Made by a program: the position numbers and the translations under genes. Under the pieces are notes generated by a model. It saw nothing but the letters and a program-made list of their open reading frames with translations. It was not told the DNA's origin and searched no databases. From a virus (taxonomy: Duplodnaviria; Caudoviricetes), in the IMG/VR virus record IMGVR_UViG_3300025413_001239: a stretch of 64,000 bases of DNA; one strand, 5' to 3'. Shown piece by piece: positions 1-9,453 of this stretch (position 1 is its first letter; each line of letters begins with the position of its first letter).

Positions 1-41
1 GTAGGTCAAAAGATTTGCAAGTTCGAACCTTGTTACCCTCA
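1..41 (+). tRNA. 3' part of a tRNA cut by the window edge (isotype not determinable)
   Basis: T-arm gcaag-TTCGAAC-cttgt followed by acceptor 3' strand and ACA. Confidence 0.6.
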
Positions 42-44
42 CAA

Positions 45-126
45 AGATGATTTCAGCAAATAAATAGGATAAAAATTTACACTTAAAATGCAAATCGAAA
101 GGGTTCAAATCCCTAAAAATCATCTT
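45..126 (+). ncRNA. degenerate tRNA-Leu(TAA)-like element
   Basis: agatgat/atcatct acceptor-like stem, T-arm aggg-TTCAAAT-ccct, loop cTTAAaa on a weak stem, no proper D-arm. Confidence 0.45.
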
Positions 127-199
127 GTTTTTTATTAACATATTAAATAATAGTAGAGTTTATATTTACATTTTCATAAACTCTACTATATTTATTAAT

Positions 200-868
200 A
201 TGAGAAAAGATATTATAGAAAAAGAAAATGATGTTTTACAAATGATTGCAAATAATGACCCTAAAGCAATGATTTGTAGGTTTTTAAATTGTAGACCAGA
301 GGTTCTTGAAAAATATTTAAAATTAAAGGGTATTAAATATAGTGGTAATCGTAGAATGGTTGGTCGGAGAAATCATCCGCATAAAAAATCTGTGGATGAA
401 TATTTGGCTCAAGATAGGATATCAATACATAAATTAAGAATTAAACTTATAGAAGAGGGTATTAAAAAAAATGAGTGTGAAAATTGTAAATTAACTGAAT
501 GGTGTGGAAGTAAAATTCCTTTAGAGTTGCATCATATAGATGGAAATAAATTAAATAACGATTTAAATAACCTACAAATCTTATGTCCAAATTGCCATGC
601 GTTAACACCAAATCACGCTGGAAAAAAGAATAAAAAGAAATTTGAAGATAAAGCTATCCATAAAAGAATAAAACTTTGTAAATGCGGCAAGACAATAAAA
701 AAAACTAGTAATGAATGTCTTAGTTGTTATCATGAAAAACAACGTAAGATTAAAAATGCTAATTTAACGGAATTAATAGATAGTGTTAATAAAATTGGTT
801 ATTTAGCGACTGGTAGAAAATATGGTGTTAGTGATAACACAATTAGAAAATATATAAACAAAAAATAA
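200..868 (+). CDS. HNH homing endonuclease inside a tRNA region
   Basis: CENC...LELHHIDGNKLNNDLNNLQILCPNCH motif; ATG at 200 after a TATTTATT box. Confidence 0.85.
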   Translation: MRKDIIEKENDVLQMIANNDPKAMICRFLNCRPEVLEKYLKLKGIKYSGNRRMVGRRNHPHKKSVDEYLAQDRISIHKLRIKLIEEGIKKNECENCKLTEWCGSKIPLELHHIDGNKLNNDLNNLQILCPNCHALTPNHAGKKNKKKFEDKAIHKRIKLCKCGKTIKKTSNECLSCYHEKQRKIKNANLTELIDSVNKIGYLATGRKYGVSDNTIRKYINKK

Positions 869-1669
869 ATGTTTTACGTTATTCAAGAGAATGTCTTTAG
901 GGAAGAACATTATGATATGTTAATTGATTTAATCAAACGACATAAGTTTGAATATGATATAGTTAAATATCGACCATTTTTAAATGAGATAGTTGCACTT
1001 CCAGTTGAAAATGATGGTGAACAACAAGAAGACGTTATTTATAAAACAGACCGTAAAAATGTTTTTTGTTTCGGTGCTGTTTCAATGGCCAAAGCTGCCA
1101 CAAAGTATGGTTGGAACCCTGGTTCAATGATGAATAAAAACCATGACTATGAAGTATATGGAAAAGCATTTGGATTTGAAAACATGTTAAATGGCGAGGG
1201 TCATGTTATCAATTTTATTGATAAAATACCTATTGATAACTTTTTATTCTTCGCAAGACCAACAAGAGATACGAAGGTTTTTTCAGGACAAATATTTACA
1301 CAAGATTCTTGGAAAGAATACGTTGCTGCTGTTAGACATATCAGTGATGAAACAAAAATTCTTATTTCTCCCTTAAAACAGATTCAACAAGAAGTTAGAT
1401 GCTGGGTTATTGGTGGTAAGATAGTAACTGCAAGTTCATATAAGATAGGTACTCGTGTAGTTTATACCAACTATGATGATGAAACATTCTTTACAGACTT
1501 CGCACAAAAGATGATTGATGTATATCAACCAGCCGAAGCATTCGTTATTGATATTGCCTTGGCTAACGACAAATTGAGTGTCATTGAAATTAATAATATC
1601 AATTCAGCTGGATTTTATGATTGTAATATGGTAAAACTCATAACAGCGTTAGAAAATCATTTTAATTAA
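869..1669 (+). CDS. ATP-grasp domain protein (DUF4343/R2K-like)
   Basis: EVRCWVIGGKIVTAS...FVIDIAL...VIEINNINSAGFY ATP-grasp pattern. Confidence 0.7.
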   Translation: MFYVIQENVFREEHYDMLIDLIKRHKFEYDIVKYRPFLNEIVALPVENDGEQQEDVIYKTDRKNVFCFGAVSMAKAATKYGWNPGSMMNKNHDYEVYGKAFGFENMLNGEGHVINFIDKIPIDNFLFFARPTRDTKVFSGQIFTQDSWKEYVAAVRHISDETKILISPLKQIQQEVRCWVIGGKIVTASSYKIGTRVVYTNYDDETFFTDFAQKMIDVYQPAEAFVIDIALANDKLSVIEINNINSAGFYDCNMVKLITALENHFN

Positions 1670-1691
1670 GCTACTTTCGGGTAGCTTTTTT
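1668..1691 (+). terminator. intrinsic terminator
   Basis: aagctac-tttcgg-gtagctt followed by T-tract. Confidence 0.7.
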
Positions 1692-1724
1692 ATTTTATAG
1701 AAATATTTATATAAAAGTCGTTTA

Positions 1725-4043
1725 ATGAAATTATATAAATTATATTCCCAATTACTTAACGAGGATTTTAAATCACAAACTGTTAATTTTATCAGACAAG
1801 GATTTGAACCAGATATTGTTAAGTCATACATTGATAAATTCAAACACATACGAGATAATAAATACAAAGAAATCTTTGATGAAAATTTAAAAGTATCTGT
1901 ACCTTCAAAAGAAAGGTTAAATATTGATGCTTATAAAAATTTCCATGATTTGGAGGTTGTTGTTGATTATGTATCTGGTAAAAGAGCCGTCAATACCAAT
2001 ATGACAAAAGGCGGTAAAGAAAATATTGAAGTTGATGGAACCCCAATTTATGATGATAAAAATTATGAAGTTTATTATGCTGATACACCTAGAGCTTGTA
2101 TAAAGTATAAGGGTAAATTTCCGTATTCTTGGTGTGTTGCTAGGTCGGATTCAGCGAATATGTTTTACACTTATCGTTTTAAACCCTACGAACCAGCTTT
2201 TTATTTCATTAAGAATAAAAAGGAAACTGATAAGGAATTTAGTCTTTGGAACATGGGTAAGAATGTGTTTCAAGGTAAATTTAGTAACCCTTATCACTTT
2301 TTTGTTATTCAAGTTCCAAAAAATGCAAATATTGATGATAACAAAACACAACAGTATATTGTAACATCAGCAAATAATGATGGTGATAAACAAATGAGTT
2401 GGGATGAAATTATTGCTATAAATCCTAATTTAAATTCAATTAAAGAAGTCTTAGTACCTAAACCACTCAGTGAAGGTGAAAGAAAGAAAATTGAAAGATT
2501 TAAAAATGGTATTAATGATAAGGAATTTGCTAAGTTAACCTATGAAGAAAAAAGAGATTATCTGGATATATACCCAACAATTGGTAGACCAATAACATCA
2601 AAACAATTAAAGGAGTTACCAGATGACCTACTAAATTTATATGTTTCTTTTGGTATTGGTTTAGATGATGAAGGTTTTGAATTTATAAAACCTAAAAAAG
2701 ACATTCTTAAAAGATATGCTCAAATAAGCAAAAGAAAACTTGAAGAATACTTAAAAACAGACAATTATCAGAGAAAACAACTTAAGATGATGTATAGTGA
2801 GTTAATTGTTTTATCCGATGAAGACATTAAGAGTTATTTGGAAAGTTTAAAACCTTATGAGATAAAACAATTTATACGTTTAAATGGTGAAGATAAATTT
2901 GAATTATTAGAAAAGCATTTACCTGATAAATTTGGTGCTCAGTTTCAATCTAATAAACAGCTTATTTTAATGGCCCAGTCTGGTGATGAAGAAGCATTAA
3001 ACAAATTAGCTTCATTAATACCAGAAGATATCGAATTTGATTTTTATGGTAAGTACATAGTATTTGAATTTGACAATACTGATAGTGAAAAGTTAAAAAG
3101 AGAATTAGATAACGATACATTGGATTTTTATAGTAGACTAGATTATAACGAATGGAATAGCAGTTATAATAATGATTATTATTTTGATGATGAATCTTCC
3201 CTAAATGATACTTACGATTTTCATATTGAATCGGTGTTAAAAGATGATGAAACACTAAGAGATGATTTACTTAGAATTGGAATCCAACCAGATTTAGAGT
3301 CTGTTAAGGATTTATTAGTAACATATAAAAAAGATTCATCAATTAAAGAATACATGGAAGAAAAGTATTCAGAAGGTAGAGATAATGCTCAAGAAAAAAC
3401 ATGGGAAAAACTTAGGGATGGTATAAAATCAATAGCTTATATTGATGATTATCGTAATTATAGTGTTTATATTAATGTTGCTTCTTTTGTATTTTACTTG
3501 AACGATAATGAATTTTTAACATCGGATATTGATAATTTTATTACAAAAATGGCATATTTACTTGAAAATATAATGGAGGATAACGACCAAATTAGTTATG
3601 TTGAAAGCATGTATGATGAGGTAAATGAAGGTGGTTATGATTTTACCGTTGGTAATGAAGTAAATGAAAGAGTTAAAAGTGAGATTCAAGATGCCATATA
3701 TGAATTTACATCTCAAGATGATGAAGATGAAACAGATTATGCGAATAATTTAGATTCATCAAAAATTCATAAACTTAAAGGTGAGGTTATTAAATTATTA
3801 AATGATACACTTCGTAATCTAGGTCAATCAGAAACTGCGTCAACAATTGAAAATGACATTGTAAGAATTGATATTGATAGACAAAGATTCCATTTAGATG
3901 GTAAAGTATTTGTTAGTATAACTGACAAACAAAATAATAAAAAACATGATGGTTATGTTTATATAAAAGACTTACCAACTTACTTTAAAAATTATAAATT
4001 GTTTGAAACAATACAAAGAATAAAATCAATAATTAAGTATTAA
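1725..4043 (+). CDS. large hypothetical protein (772 aa), TATTTATA promoter class
   Basis: long ORF with acidic C-terminal half; TATTTATA just upstream. Confidence 0.8.
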   Translation: MKLYKLYSQLLNEDFKSQTVNFIRQGFEPDIVKSYIDKFKHIRDNKYKEIFDENLKVSVPSKERLNIDAYKNFHDLEVVVDYVSGKRAVNTNMTKGGKENIEVDGTPIYDDKNYEVYYADTPRACIKYKGKFPYSWCVARSDSANMFYTYRFKPYEPAFYFIKNKKETDKEFSLWNMGKNVFQGKFSNPYHFFVIQVPKNANIDDNKTQQYIVTSANNDGDKQMSWDEIIAINPNLNSIKEVLVPKPLSEGERKKIERFKNGINDKEFAKLTYEEKRDYLDIYPTIGRPITSKQLKELPDDLLNLYVSFGIGLDDEGFEFIKPKKDILKRYAQISKRKLEEYLKTDNYQRKQLKMMYSELIVLSDEDIKSYLESLKPYEIKQFIRLNGEDKFELLEKHLPDKFGAQFQSNKQLILMAQSGDEEALNKLASLIPEDIEFDFYGKYIVFEFDNTDSEKLKRELDNDTLDFYSRLDYNEWNSSYNNDYYFDDESSLNDTYDFHIESVLKDDETLRDDLLRIGIQPDLESVKDLLVTYKKDSSIKEYMEEKYSEGRDNAQEKTWEKLRDGIKSIAYIDDYRNYSVYINVASFVFYLNDNEFLTSDIDNFITKMAYLLENIMEDNDQISYVESMYDEVNEGGYDFTVGNEVNERVKSEIQDAIYEFTSQDDEDETDYANNLDSSKIHKLKGEVIKLLNDTLRNLGQSETASTIENDIVRIDIDRQRFHLDGKVFVSITDKQNNKKHDGYVYIKDLPTYFKNYKLFETIQRIKSIIKY

Positions 4044-4092
4044 AACTAGTTCTTAAAGTCACTAAAAAAAAAATTTTTTAAAAATAATTCAA

Positions 4093-4140
4093 AAAAAACT
4101 TGACAATTCAAAAACTTTTCGTATATTTGCATATATTTAT
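4093..4140 (+). promoter_or_regulatory. tandem promoter of tRNA cluster 1 (TATATTTGC plus TATTTAT boxes)
   Basis: aaaaaacttgacaattcaaaa...gtatatttgcatatatttat; the first 21 nt are identical to 51444-51464. Confidence 0.7.
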
Positions 4141-4165
4141 TAACAACAAGTAACAATTAAAAGAT

Positions 4166-4264
4166 ATGAAAAAGGCATATACATATTATCAACCGAAAAC
4201 GCAAGGGGGCAAAACTCCTAATAGGCTGGGTGTATCTTTTTCTGATGAAGATGATTGTAAGTAA
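4166..4264 (+). CDS. putative leader peptide MKKAYTYYQPKTQGGKTPNRLGVSFSDEDDCK of tRNA cluster 1
   Basis: 32-codon ORF between promoter and terminator hairpin; below the ORF-track cutoff. Confidence 0.6.
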   Translation: MKKAYTYYQPKTQGGKTPNRLGVSFSDEDDCK

Positions 4265-4284
4265 ACAATTAGTAAGATATAAGT

Positions 4285-4321
4285 AAACCCCAGTCTGATG
4301 AAAATTCAAACTGGGGTTTTT
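4285..4321 (+). terminator. attenuator-type terminator ahead of tRNA cluster 1
   Basis: aaaccccagt...actggggttt stem plus T-tract, 7 nt before the first tRNA. Confidence 0.7.
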
Positions 4322-4327
4322 AATTTT

Positions 4328-4402
4328 CGGGAAGTTCCACAGATGGCTATATGGGCTTGTTTTGGAGACAAGTGTTCGCTCGTTCGAATCGAGTTTTCCC
4401 GA
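4328..4402 (+). tRNA. tRNA-Pro(TGG)
   Basis: cttgt-ttTGGag-acaag anticodon arm; cgggaag/ttttcccg acceptor; TTCGAAT loop. Confidence 0.8.
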
Positions 4403-4451
4403 CACAGATTGGTTGGTACCGTAGACAGCAAAAATAAGGAACGGTATAAAA

Positions 4452-4539
4452 CTAAGTGTGTAGTCAATCGAAGACGACTCCCTTTGGAGCGGAGAATAGC
4501 TGTAAAAGGCTTATGCAGGTTCGAGCCCTGTCACTTAGA
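4452..4539 (+). tRNA. tRNA-Pro(TGG) with long variable arm
   Basis: ctaagtg/cacttag acceptor; ctccc-ttTGGag-cggag; T-arm gcagg-TTCGAGC-cctgt. Confidence 0.6.
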
Positions 4540-4546
4540 CTAAAAT

Positions 4547-4618
4547 TGGGTTGTGGTGTAATGGTAACTACGTGTGGTTTTGGTCCACAAGTTTGGGGTT
4601 CGAGTCCCTACAACCCAA
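4547..4618 (+). tRNA. tRNA-Gln(TTG)
   Basis: tgggttg/caaccca acceptor; tgtgg-ttTTGgt-ccaca. Confidence 0.85.
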
Positions 4619-4703
4619 CAAAGTAAAGAAGTAATTGGGTTAGCTGTTTTCCGTGGCTGGTCTGATGAAGGTTAAGTCCTTATGATTAAATAACGGATAA
4701 ATT

Positions 4704-4775
4704 GGGATAGCCAGCAGGGTTCTGAAGACAGTCTGTAAAACTGAACTTCGTGTGTTTCGAGTACACCCTATCCCA
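4704..4775 (+). tRNA. atypical tRNA-Tyr(GTA)-like
   Basis: gggatag/ctatccc acceptor; cagt-ctGTAaa-actg; irregular T-arm, short variable region. Confidence 0.55.
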
Positions 4776-4780
4776 CATTT

Positions 4781-4862
4781 GGGTCAGTCGCATAGAGGCA
4801 ATTGCCGCGGACTGTAAATCCGCTCTCTTCGGAGTTCACAGGTTCGAGTCCTGTTTGGCCCA
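4781..4862 (+). tRNA. tRNA-Tyr(GTA)
   Basis: gcgga-ctGTAaa-tccgc; long variable arm; canonical T-arm. Confidence 0.9.
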
Positions 4863-4870
4863 CAAAAAAT

Positions 4871-4941
4871 GCCTCCAAAGCATATATGGTGATGTACCTG
4901 ACTTGTAATCAGGGAAGTTGATTCGAGTTCAACTGGAGGCT
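4871..4941 (+). tRNA. tRNA-Thr(TGT)
   Basis: gcctcca/tggaggc acceptor; cctga-ctTGTaa-tcagg. Confidence 0.85.
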
Positions 4942-4962
4942 CAAGAGTCTTATATAAAAAAT

Positions 4963-5034
4963 GCGGATATAGCACAGTGGTTAGTGTTGGGGTCTTCCAA
5001 ACCTCAGACGTCAGTTCGAATCTGACTATCCGCT
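4963..5034 (+). tRNA. tRNA-Gly(TCC)
   Basis: gcggata/tatccgc acceptor; ggggt-ctTCCaa-acctc. Confidence 0.9.
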
Positions 5035-5193
5035 CATTGGCTAATTTATTTTATAAAATAAATTTGTTTTGATTATGGAAAAAAATTGACTTTTATTGTA
5101 TTTATATGTATATTTGTGACGTAAAAAAGTTTTATAAATAGTGCTTTTGAAATATCTAAGCCACACATAACAAATAAAAATTAATTAATTAAA

Positions 5194-5466
5194 ATGGATT
5201 TAAAGTCTGGTATCAGAAATCCCGAACAGTTACGGGTTGCAATTGAGATTGCTAAGTTAAATAATGAATTTTATTCTGATGCTGTATGGGCAATCCATAA
5301 GTATAAGTGGTATAATTGGTATCAGAATCTGCACATTAAAGAAAATAGTCTAGAGGATATTGAGAATACTAAAATCTTTAATCAATTAGAAACTGAATAT
5401 CCGAGTATTCATGTGGATATTGAAAAAAATATTGATTATGAGATTATTAAAGCTAGTGCAAATTAA
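5194..5466 (+). CDS. hypothetical protein
   Basis: ORF followed by hairpin aaaagacgt/acgtctttt. Confidence 0.65.
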   Translation: MDLKSGIRNPEQLRVAIEIAKLNNEFYSDAVWAIHKYKWYNWYQNLHIKENSLEDIENTKIFNQLETEYPSIHVDIEKNIDYEIIKASAN

Positions 5467-5569
5467 TTTAAGATTTAAAAAGACGTAGAAATACGTCTTT
5501 TTTTATTTAGTTGAGATTCAAAAAAAAAAAATATTTGTAAGTTTAAATTTAATTTTGTATATTTGCACT

Positions 5570-5818
5570 ATGACAAACACAATACTACTTGATTTAAATA
5601 CTGAGAGAGACCCAATGATTCTATTCAGTAAACCTATGGAGCAGGACCCCCCAACTAATAGGGAAGAGATGCATAAGATGATAATTGAAGACATTGCATT
5701 TTTATCTGAAGCATTAACGGTTATGATTAAACGTGCTGATGAAAATGGTTATTCCAATAAAGAAGCTCTTATTGAAGCTTCAATAAAAACACTTAATAGT
5801 CTTTTAATAGAAAATTAA
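5570..5818 (+). CDS. hypothetical protein
   Basis: ATG right after a TATATTTGC promoter. Confidence 0.65.
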   Translation: MTNTILLDLNTERDPMILFSKPMEQDPPTNREEMHKMIIEDIAFLSEALTVMIKRADENGYSNKEALIEASIKTLNSLLIEN

Positions 5819-5864
5819 TAATAAAGTTGTAACGATAGAAATTAATTCGTATATTTGCATCGTA

Positions 5865-6173
5865 ATGAGAAAAAGACCTTCAGATACAAATTCAGAAAAA
5901 CCGAAAGCACCAGTTAAAAAACAAGAAAGTGCTCTTGGTAAGTTACCACCAAAAAAGATGGTCATAACTAAGAATGGTATTGAAGAGGTTGATATTAAAT
6001 TGGATACAACTAGAAAATCTGACAATAAAAAATACGTAAAGGTTTTAGCTACTGAGACAAGCTTAGTATTCAAGGAAATCGGTGATAGGGTAGCTAAAAA
6101 AGAATTAAAGTGGTCGTATTATACGACTGAAAACAATATTGGTGTACATTATTATCAAATATTAAACGATTAA
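5865..6173 (+). CDS. hypothetical protein
   Basis: ORF after a TATATTTGC promoter. Confidence 0.65.
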   Translation: MRKRPSDTNSEKPKAPVKKQESALGKLPPKKMVITKNGIEEVDIKLDTTRKSDNKKYVKVLATETSLVFKEIGDRVAKKELKWSYYTTENNIGVHYYQILND

Positions 6174-6174
6174 A

Positions 6175-6570
6175 ATGAGTTTAAAGATTAAAATATCTGA
6201 AGATTTAAAAACAGCGATGAAAGAAAAGAATACAATCAAATTAGGTATTCTTAGAGTTCTTAAGGCTGAGATTGAAAGAAATGAACAATCCGCTAATGGT
6301 AAAATTGAATTACCAGATGGTGACGTTATTAAAATAGTTAAGAAACTAATTGAGGGTATAAAAGAAACTACTAAAGACCAAGTTGAAATTGATGCTTTAG
6401 ATTTGTATTTACCTAAACAAATGAATGAGGATGAAATAAAGGCCATTATTGCTCTTGTTAAACAATCTGGCATTTCACAGATGGGTGAATTCATGAAGTA
6501 CTTCAAGGTGTATCATGATGGTGAATATGATGGTAAATTATTAAGTAACCTTGTAAAAGAATCATTATAA
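6175..6570 (+). CDS. yqeY: GatB/YqeY domain protein
   Basis: MSLKIKISEDLKTAMKEK...LGILRVLKAEI...LDLYLPKQM. Confidence 0.85.
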   Translation: MSLKIKISEDLKTAMKEKNTIKLGILRVLKAEIERNEQSANGKIELPDGDVIKIVKKLIEGIKETTKDQVEIDALDLYLPKQMNEDEIKAIIALVKQSGISQMGEFMKYFKVYHDGEYDGKLLSNLVKESL

Positions 6571-6971
6571 TGGCATCATTATTACTTATCGAGATTTTCA
6601 CAATTATATTTATTCATTGGGTATCCGATTTTGTGTTACAAACAGATTGGGAAGCTAAGAATAAAAGCAAAGATGACTTAGCTTTACTGTCACATACATC
6701 AAAGTATTCGATGTGCTGGTTTATTCCAATTTTTATTTTATTTACGAAATTTGGACATAATGGTGATGTCTATTATAGGGTTAATATATCGTTCTTTTTT
6801 TGTGTTATCACACTTGTATCCCATACCATAACGGATTACTTTACATCGAGACTTAATTCTAAATTATGGGCTAAGGGTCATGTACATAACTTCTTTGTTA
6901 GTGTTGGTTGGGACCAAATTTGTCATTACGTACAACTATTTTTAACATATTACTTATTAAAAACAATTTAA
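6570..6971 (+). CDS. DUF3307-like membrane protein
   Basis: HWVSDFVLQ...HTITDY...GWDQICH motifs. Confidence 0.75.
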   Translation: MASLLLIEIFTIIFIHWVSDFVLQTDWEAKNKSKDDLALLSHTSKYSMCWFIPIFILFTKFGHNGDVYYRVNISFFFCVITLVSHTITDYFTSRLNSKLWAKGHVHNFFVSVGWDQICHYVQLFLTYYLLKTI

Positions 6972-7522
6972 TGGCAAATTCGCAAATTCACGAAACATTG
7001 GATGCAATGTTGGAAAATCCTAAAACTAAGAATTTTTTAGGTCACTTAGTTAAGAATTACTTTCCAACTTCTAACGTTCAGAAAGTCTTGAATCGTCCAA
7101 CAGGACCATTCAAGTGTGTTTTAACCAAAGAGAATTTATTCTCAGTTCAAGACATCCTTGAAGGTATTCAAACTGAGGAATACAAAAAGGACTTTAATGA
7201 GTACTTAACTCGTTTCTTGGATACTAACTTTAGTGGTGAAACACCAATGGGTAAACTAATTGGTGATAAGAAAATGGGGTTCACTGGTAAAGAAACCACA
7301 ACTTATATGTCTTTCACAGCATTACAAGAGTTTTATAACTGGGTTATAACTAAGTCTTTTGCTGGTGATAAACACATCAATTGGCTTTTAGGTGGTGTTA
7401 GAGATAATTTTTATAGCAAACCTAAACAAGTCGTTGAGAAAAAAAGCAACGTATCAACGTATACACTTGGTGAAGTTGATGCATTTAAGAAATTAAAAGC
7501 CAAGTTCGAGAATGAAAATTAA
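6971..7522 (+). CDS. hypothetical protein
   Basis: ORF; ATG overlaps the upstream stop. Confidence 0.7.
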   Translation: MANSQIHETLDAMLENPKTKNFLGHLVKNYFPTSNVQKVLNRPTGPFKCVLTKENLFSVQDILEGIQTEEYKKDFNEYLTRFLDTNFSGETPMGKLIGDKKMGFTGKETTTYMSFTALQEFYNWVITKSFAGDKHINWLLGGVRDNFYSKPKQVVEKKSNVSTYTLGEVDAFKKLKAKFENEN

Positions 7523-8123
7523 TATTGACGTTTCAGATGGTAAAAATGTATTTTTTATCAGTGATTTACACTTAGGTCATCGAAATGTTATTAAGTATGA
7601 TAATCGACCATTTGTTACGGCAAATGGTGAACCAGACTTAGATTTAATGCATGAAACAATTATAAGAAATTGGAATTCTGTGGTTGGTGAATATGATGTT
7701 GTTTTTAATCTTGGTGATTTATGTTTCGGTAGTACTCAGTTAGCTAAAGAAGTTGTCTTTAAGTTAAATGGTAGAATCCATTATATAATAGGTAATCATG
7801 ATAACTACAAGGATATACTTAATTTAAATCGTTTTGATACTGTTAGTGATTTAATTGATTTAAACATATCTGGTGGTAAAGTATCTAAAAATTTACACAT
7901 GGTACTGTGTCATTATCCAATATACTCTTGGAATCGAGCACACCATAATAGTTATCATCTTCACGGCCATTGCCATGGTAATTTGCATCATGGTGAAAAT
8001 GCTGATTATTACATCGGCAGAAGGGTTATAGATGTTGGTTGTAATCTTATAAATTATACACCAATATCATATATTGATGCTATAACAAAAATAGAAGAAA
8101 ATTGGGTTAAAAAATCTAACTAA
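7512..8123 (+). CDS. calcineurin-like metallophosphoesterase
   Basis: SDLHLGH...LGDL...GNHD...HGHCH. Confidence 0.85.
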   Translation: MKINIDVSDGKNVFFISDLHLGHRNVIKYDNRPFVTANGEPDLDLMHETIIRNWNSVVGEYDVVFNLGDLCFGSTQLAKEVVFKLNGRIHYIIGNHDNYKDILNLNRFDTVSDLIDLNISGGKVSKNLHMVLCHYPIYSWNRAHHNSYHLHGHCHGNLHHGENADYYIGRRVIDVGCNLINYTPISYIDAITKIEENWVKKSN

Positions 8124-8145
8124 TCATATTAATAATATATAAAAA

Positions 8146-9453
8146 ATGGGAAGAAGTAAACAATTAGAAAAAATAATTAGAGAAATGGGAAAAAACACAA
8201 AAGCTGCTAGGGTTTCTAATGAAATCGAAGATTACATTGGTTATGATGAATTAGTACCCGTAATTTCGGATGATGAAATTGAGGAAGATTCTGAGTATCC
8301 AACAAATGGTGAGAGTTTTTCAATAACTTTCATTGAATTTGCGATATTTAATGAATATTTTTATGAGATTTATCGTAAAAAATCTGACGCTATAACTGTT
8401 AAAAGTTATGGTCACACAGATAGTGTTGGTAGGGTTAGCTTCGGCGCACCGTTCAATGTGACCAATAGTTGGTGGTTCAATGCAAATTTAGCTGATGATA
8501 CAAATGATTATATCTTCCAAACAAAGATGTTTTTGGATGGTAACCGTACAATCATCACAGAACTTCATGTAAGCCCTAAAAACGGCCTAAGTATGAAGAA
8601 ATTAACCGAGGTTTATAAGAAAGTTAAAGGACTTGCTTTTAACAACTCTAAGTTCAAGGGTAAGTGTATTGAGGTTAAATTGTATGATGGTAACTTCAAG
8701 GGTATTGATATTATCGATATGAGTAAGTACTCAACTAATCTTATACTTAGTGAGACACAAAGAAAATTCATTGACCACTTTATCAGTAGGGTTGCCAGAG
8801 GTGGTAACGCAAGATACTTGTTGAATGGTGAACCAGGTACGGGTAAAACTGAAAGCATTCGTGAAGTGGTTCAAAAGTTGATTCCAGATGTAACGTTTAT
8901 CATACCTAAATTTAGTCAAGCTGAGGACCTTACAGTTATTCTTGAGGCTTGTGAAATATTCGATAAGGGTGTTATCATAATGGATGATATTGACTTGTAC
9001 TTGGGTTCAAGAGACAGAGGTAGTTATACAAGCCTTTTAGGTCAATTTTTATCATTCTTTGATGGTGTTAAAAAGAGAAAAATCAGTCTTTTGGCATCAA
9101 CTAATGATAAGGGTCTTGTGGATAAAGCTGCTGAAAGACCAGGTCGTTTCAACATGACCTTAGATTATACATTCCTTACGAGAGAACAAATTGAGGGTGT
9201 TTGTAAGATACATCTTCCAGCTGAGTATTGCATTGAAGAAATCTATGATGTTTTAACAAGCAACATTGATGGTAAATCCGCTAAAATAACTGGTGCGTTT
9301 ATTGCAAACCTTGCTGACAACATAAAGGAAATGTCTGAGGACAGTGATGATTGGAAGTTAGATGATACAATCTCTTTGATTAAAGAATCTTACAAGGGCT
9401 TCTACATGAGTCAAACCAATAAGAACGCTTCAATAGGGTTCAAAGTTAATTAA
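8146..9453 (+). CDS. AAA+ ATPase
   Basis: Walker A GEPGTGKT, Walker B IIMDDID, STN and RPGRF motifs. Confidence 0.85.
   Translation: MGRSKQLEKIIREMGKNTKAARVSNEIEDYIGYDELVPVISDDEIEEDSEYPTNGESFSITFIEFAIFNEYFYEIYRKKSDAITVKSYGHTDSVGRVSFGAPFNVTNSWWFNANLADDTNDYIFQTKMFLDGNRTIITELHVSPKNGLSMKKLTEVYKKVKGLAFNNSKFKGKCIEVKLYDGNFKGIDIIDMSKYSTNLILSETQRKFIDHFISRVARGGNARYLLNGEPGTGKTESIREVVQKLIPDVTFIIPKFSQAEDLTVILEACEIFDKGVIIMDDIDLYLGSRDRGSYTSLLGQFLSFFDGVKKRKISLLASTNDKGLVDKAAERPGRFNMTLDYTFLTREQIEGVCKIHLPAEYCIEEIYDVLTSNIDGKSAKITGAFIANLADNIKEMSEDSDDWKLDDTISLIKESYKGFYMSQTNKNASIGFKVN

Noticed and set aside
4655-4690. CTGATGA followed by a short stem, resembling a hammerhead ribozyme core
   Set aside because: No GAAA after stem II and no stem I/III partners visible.
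4157-4975. ORF-track ORFs 4157-4405, 4298-4543 and 4784-4975
   Set aside because: They overlap tRNA genes and the attenuator; shadow frames.
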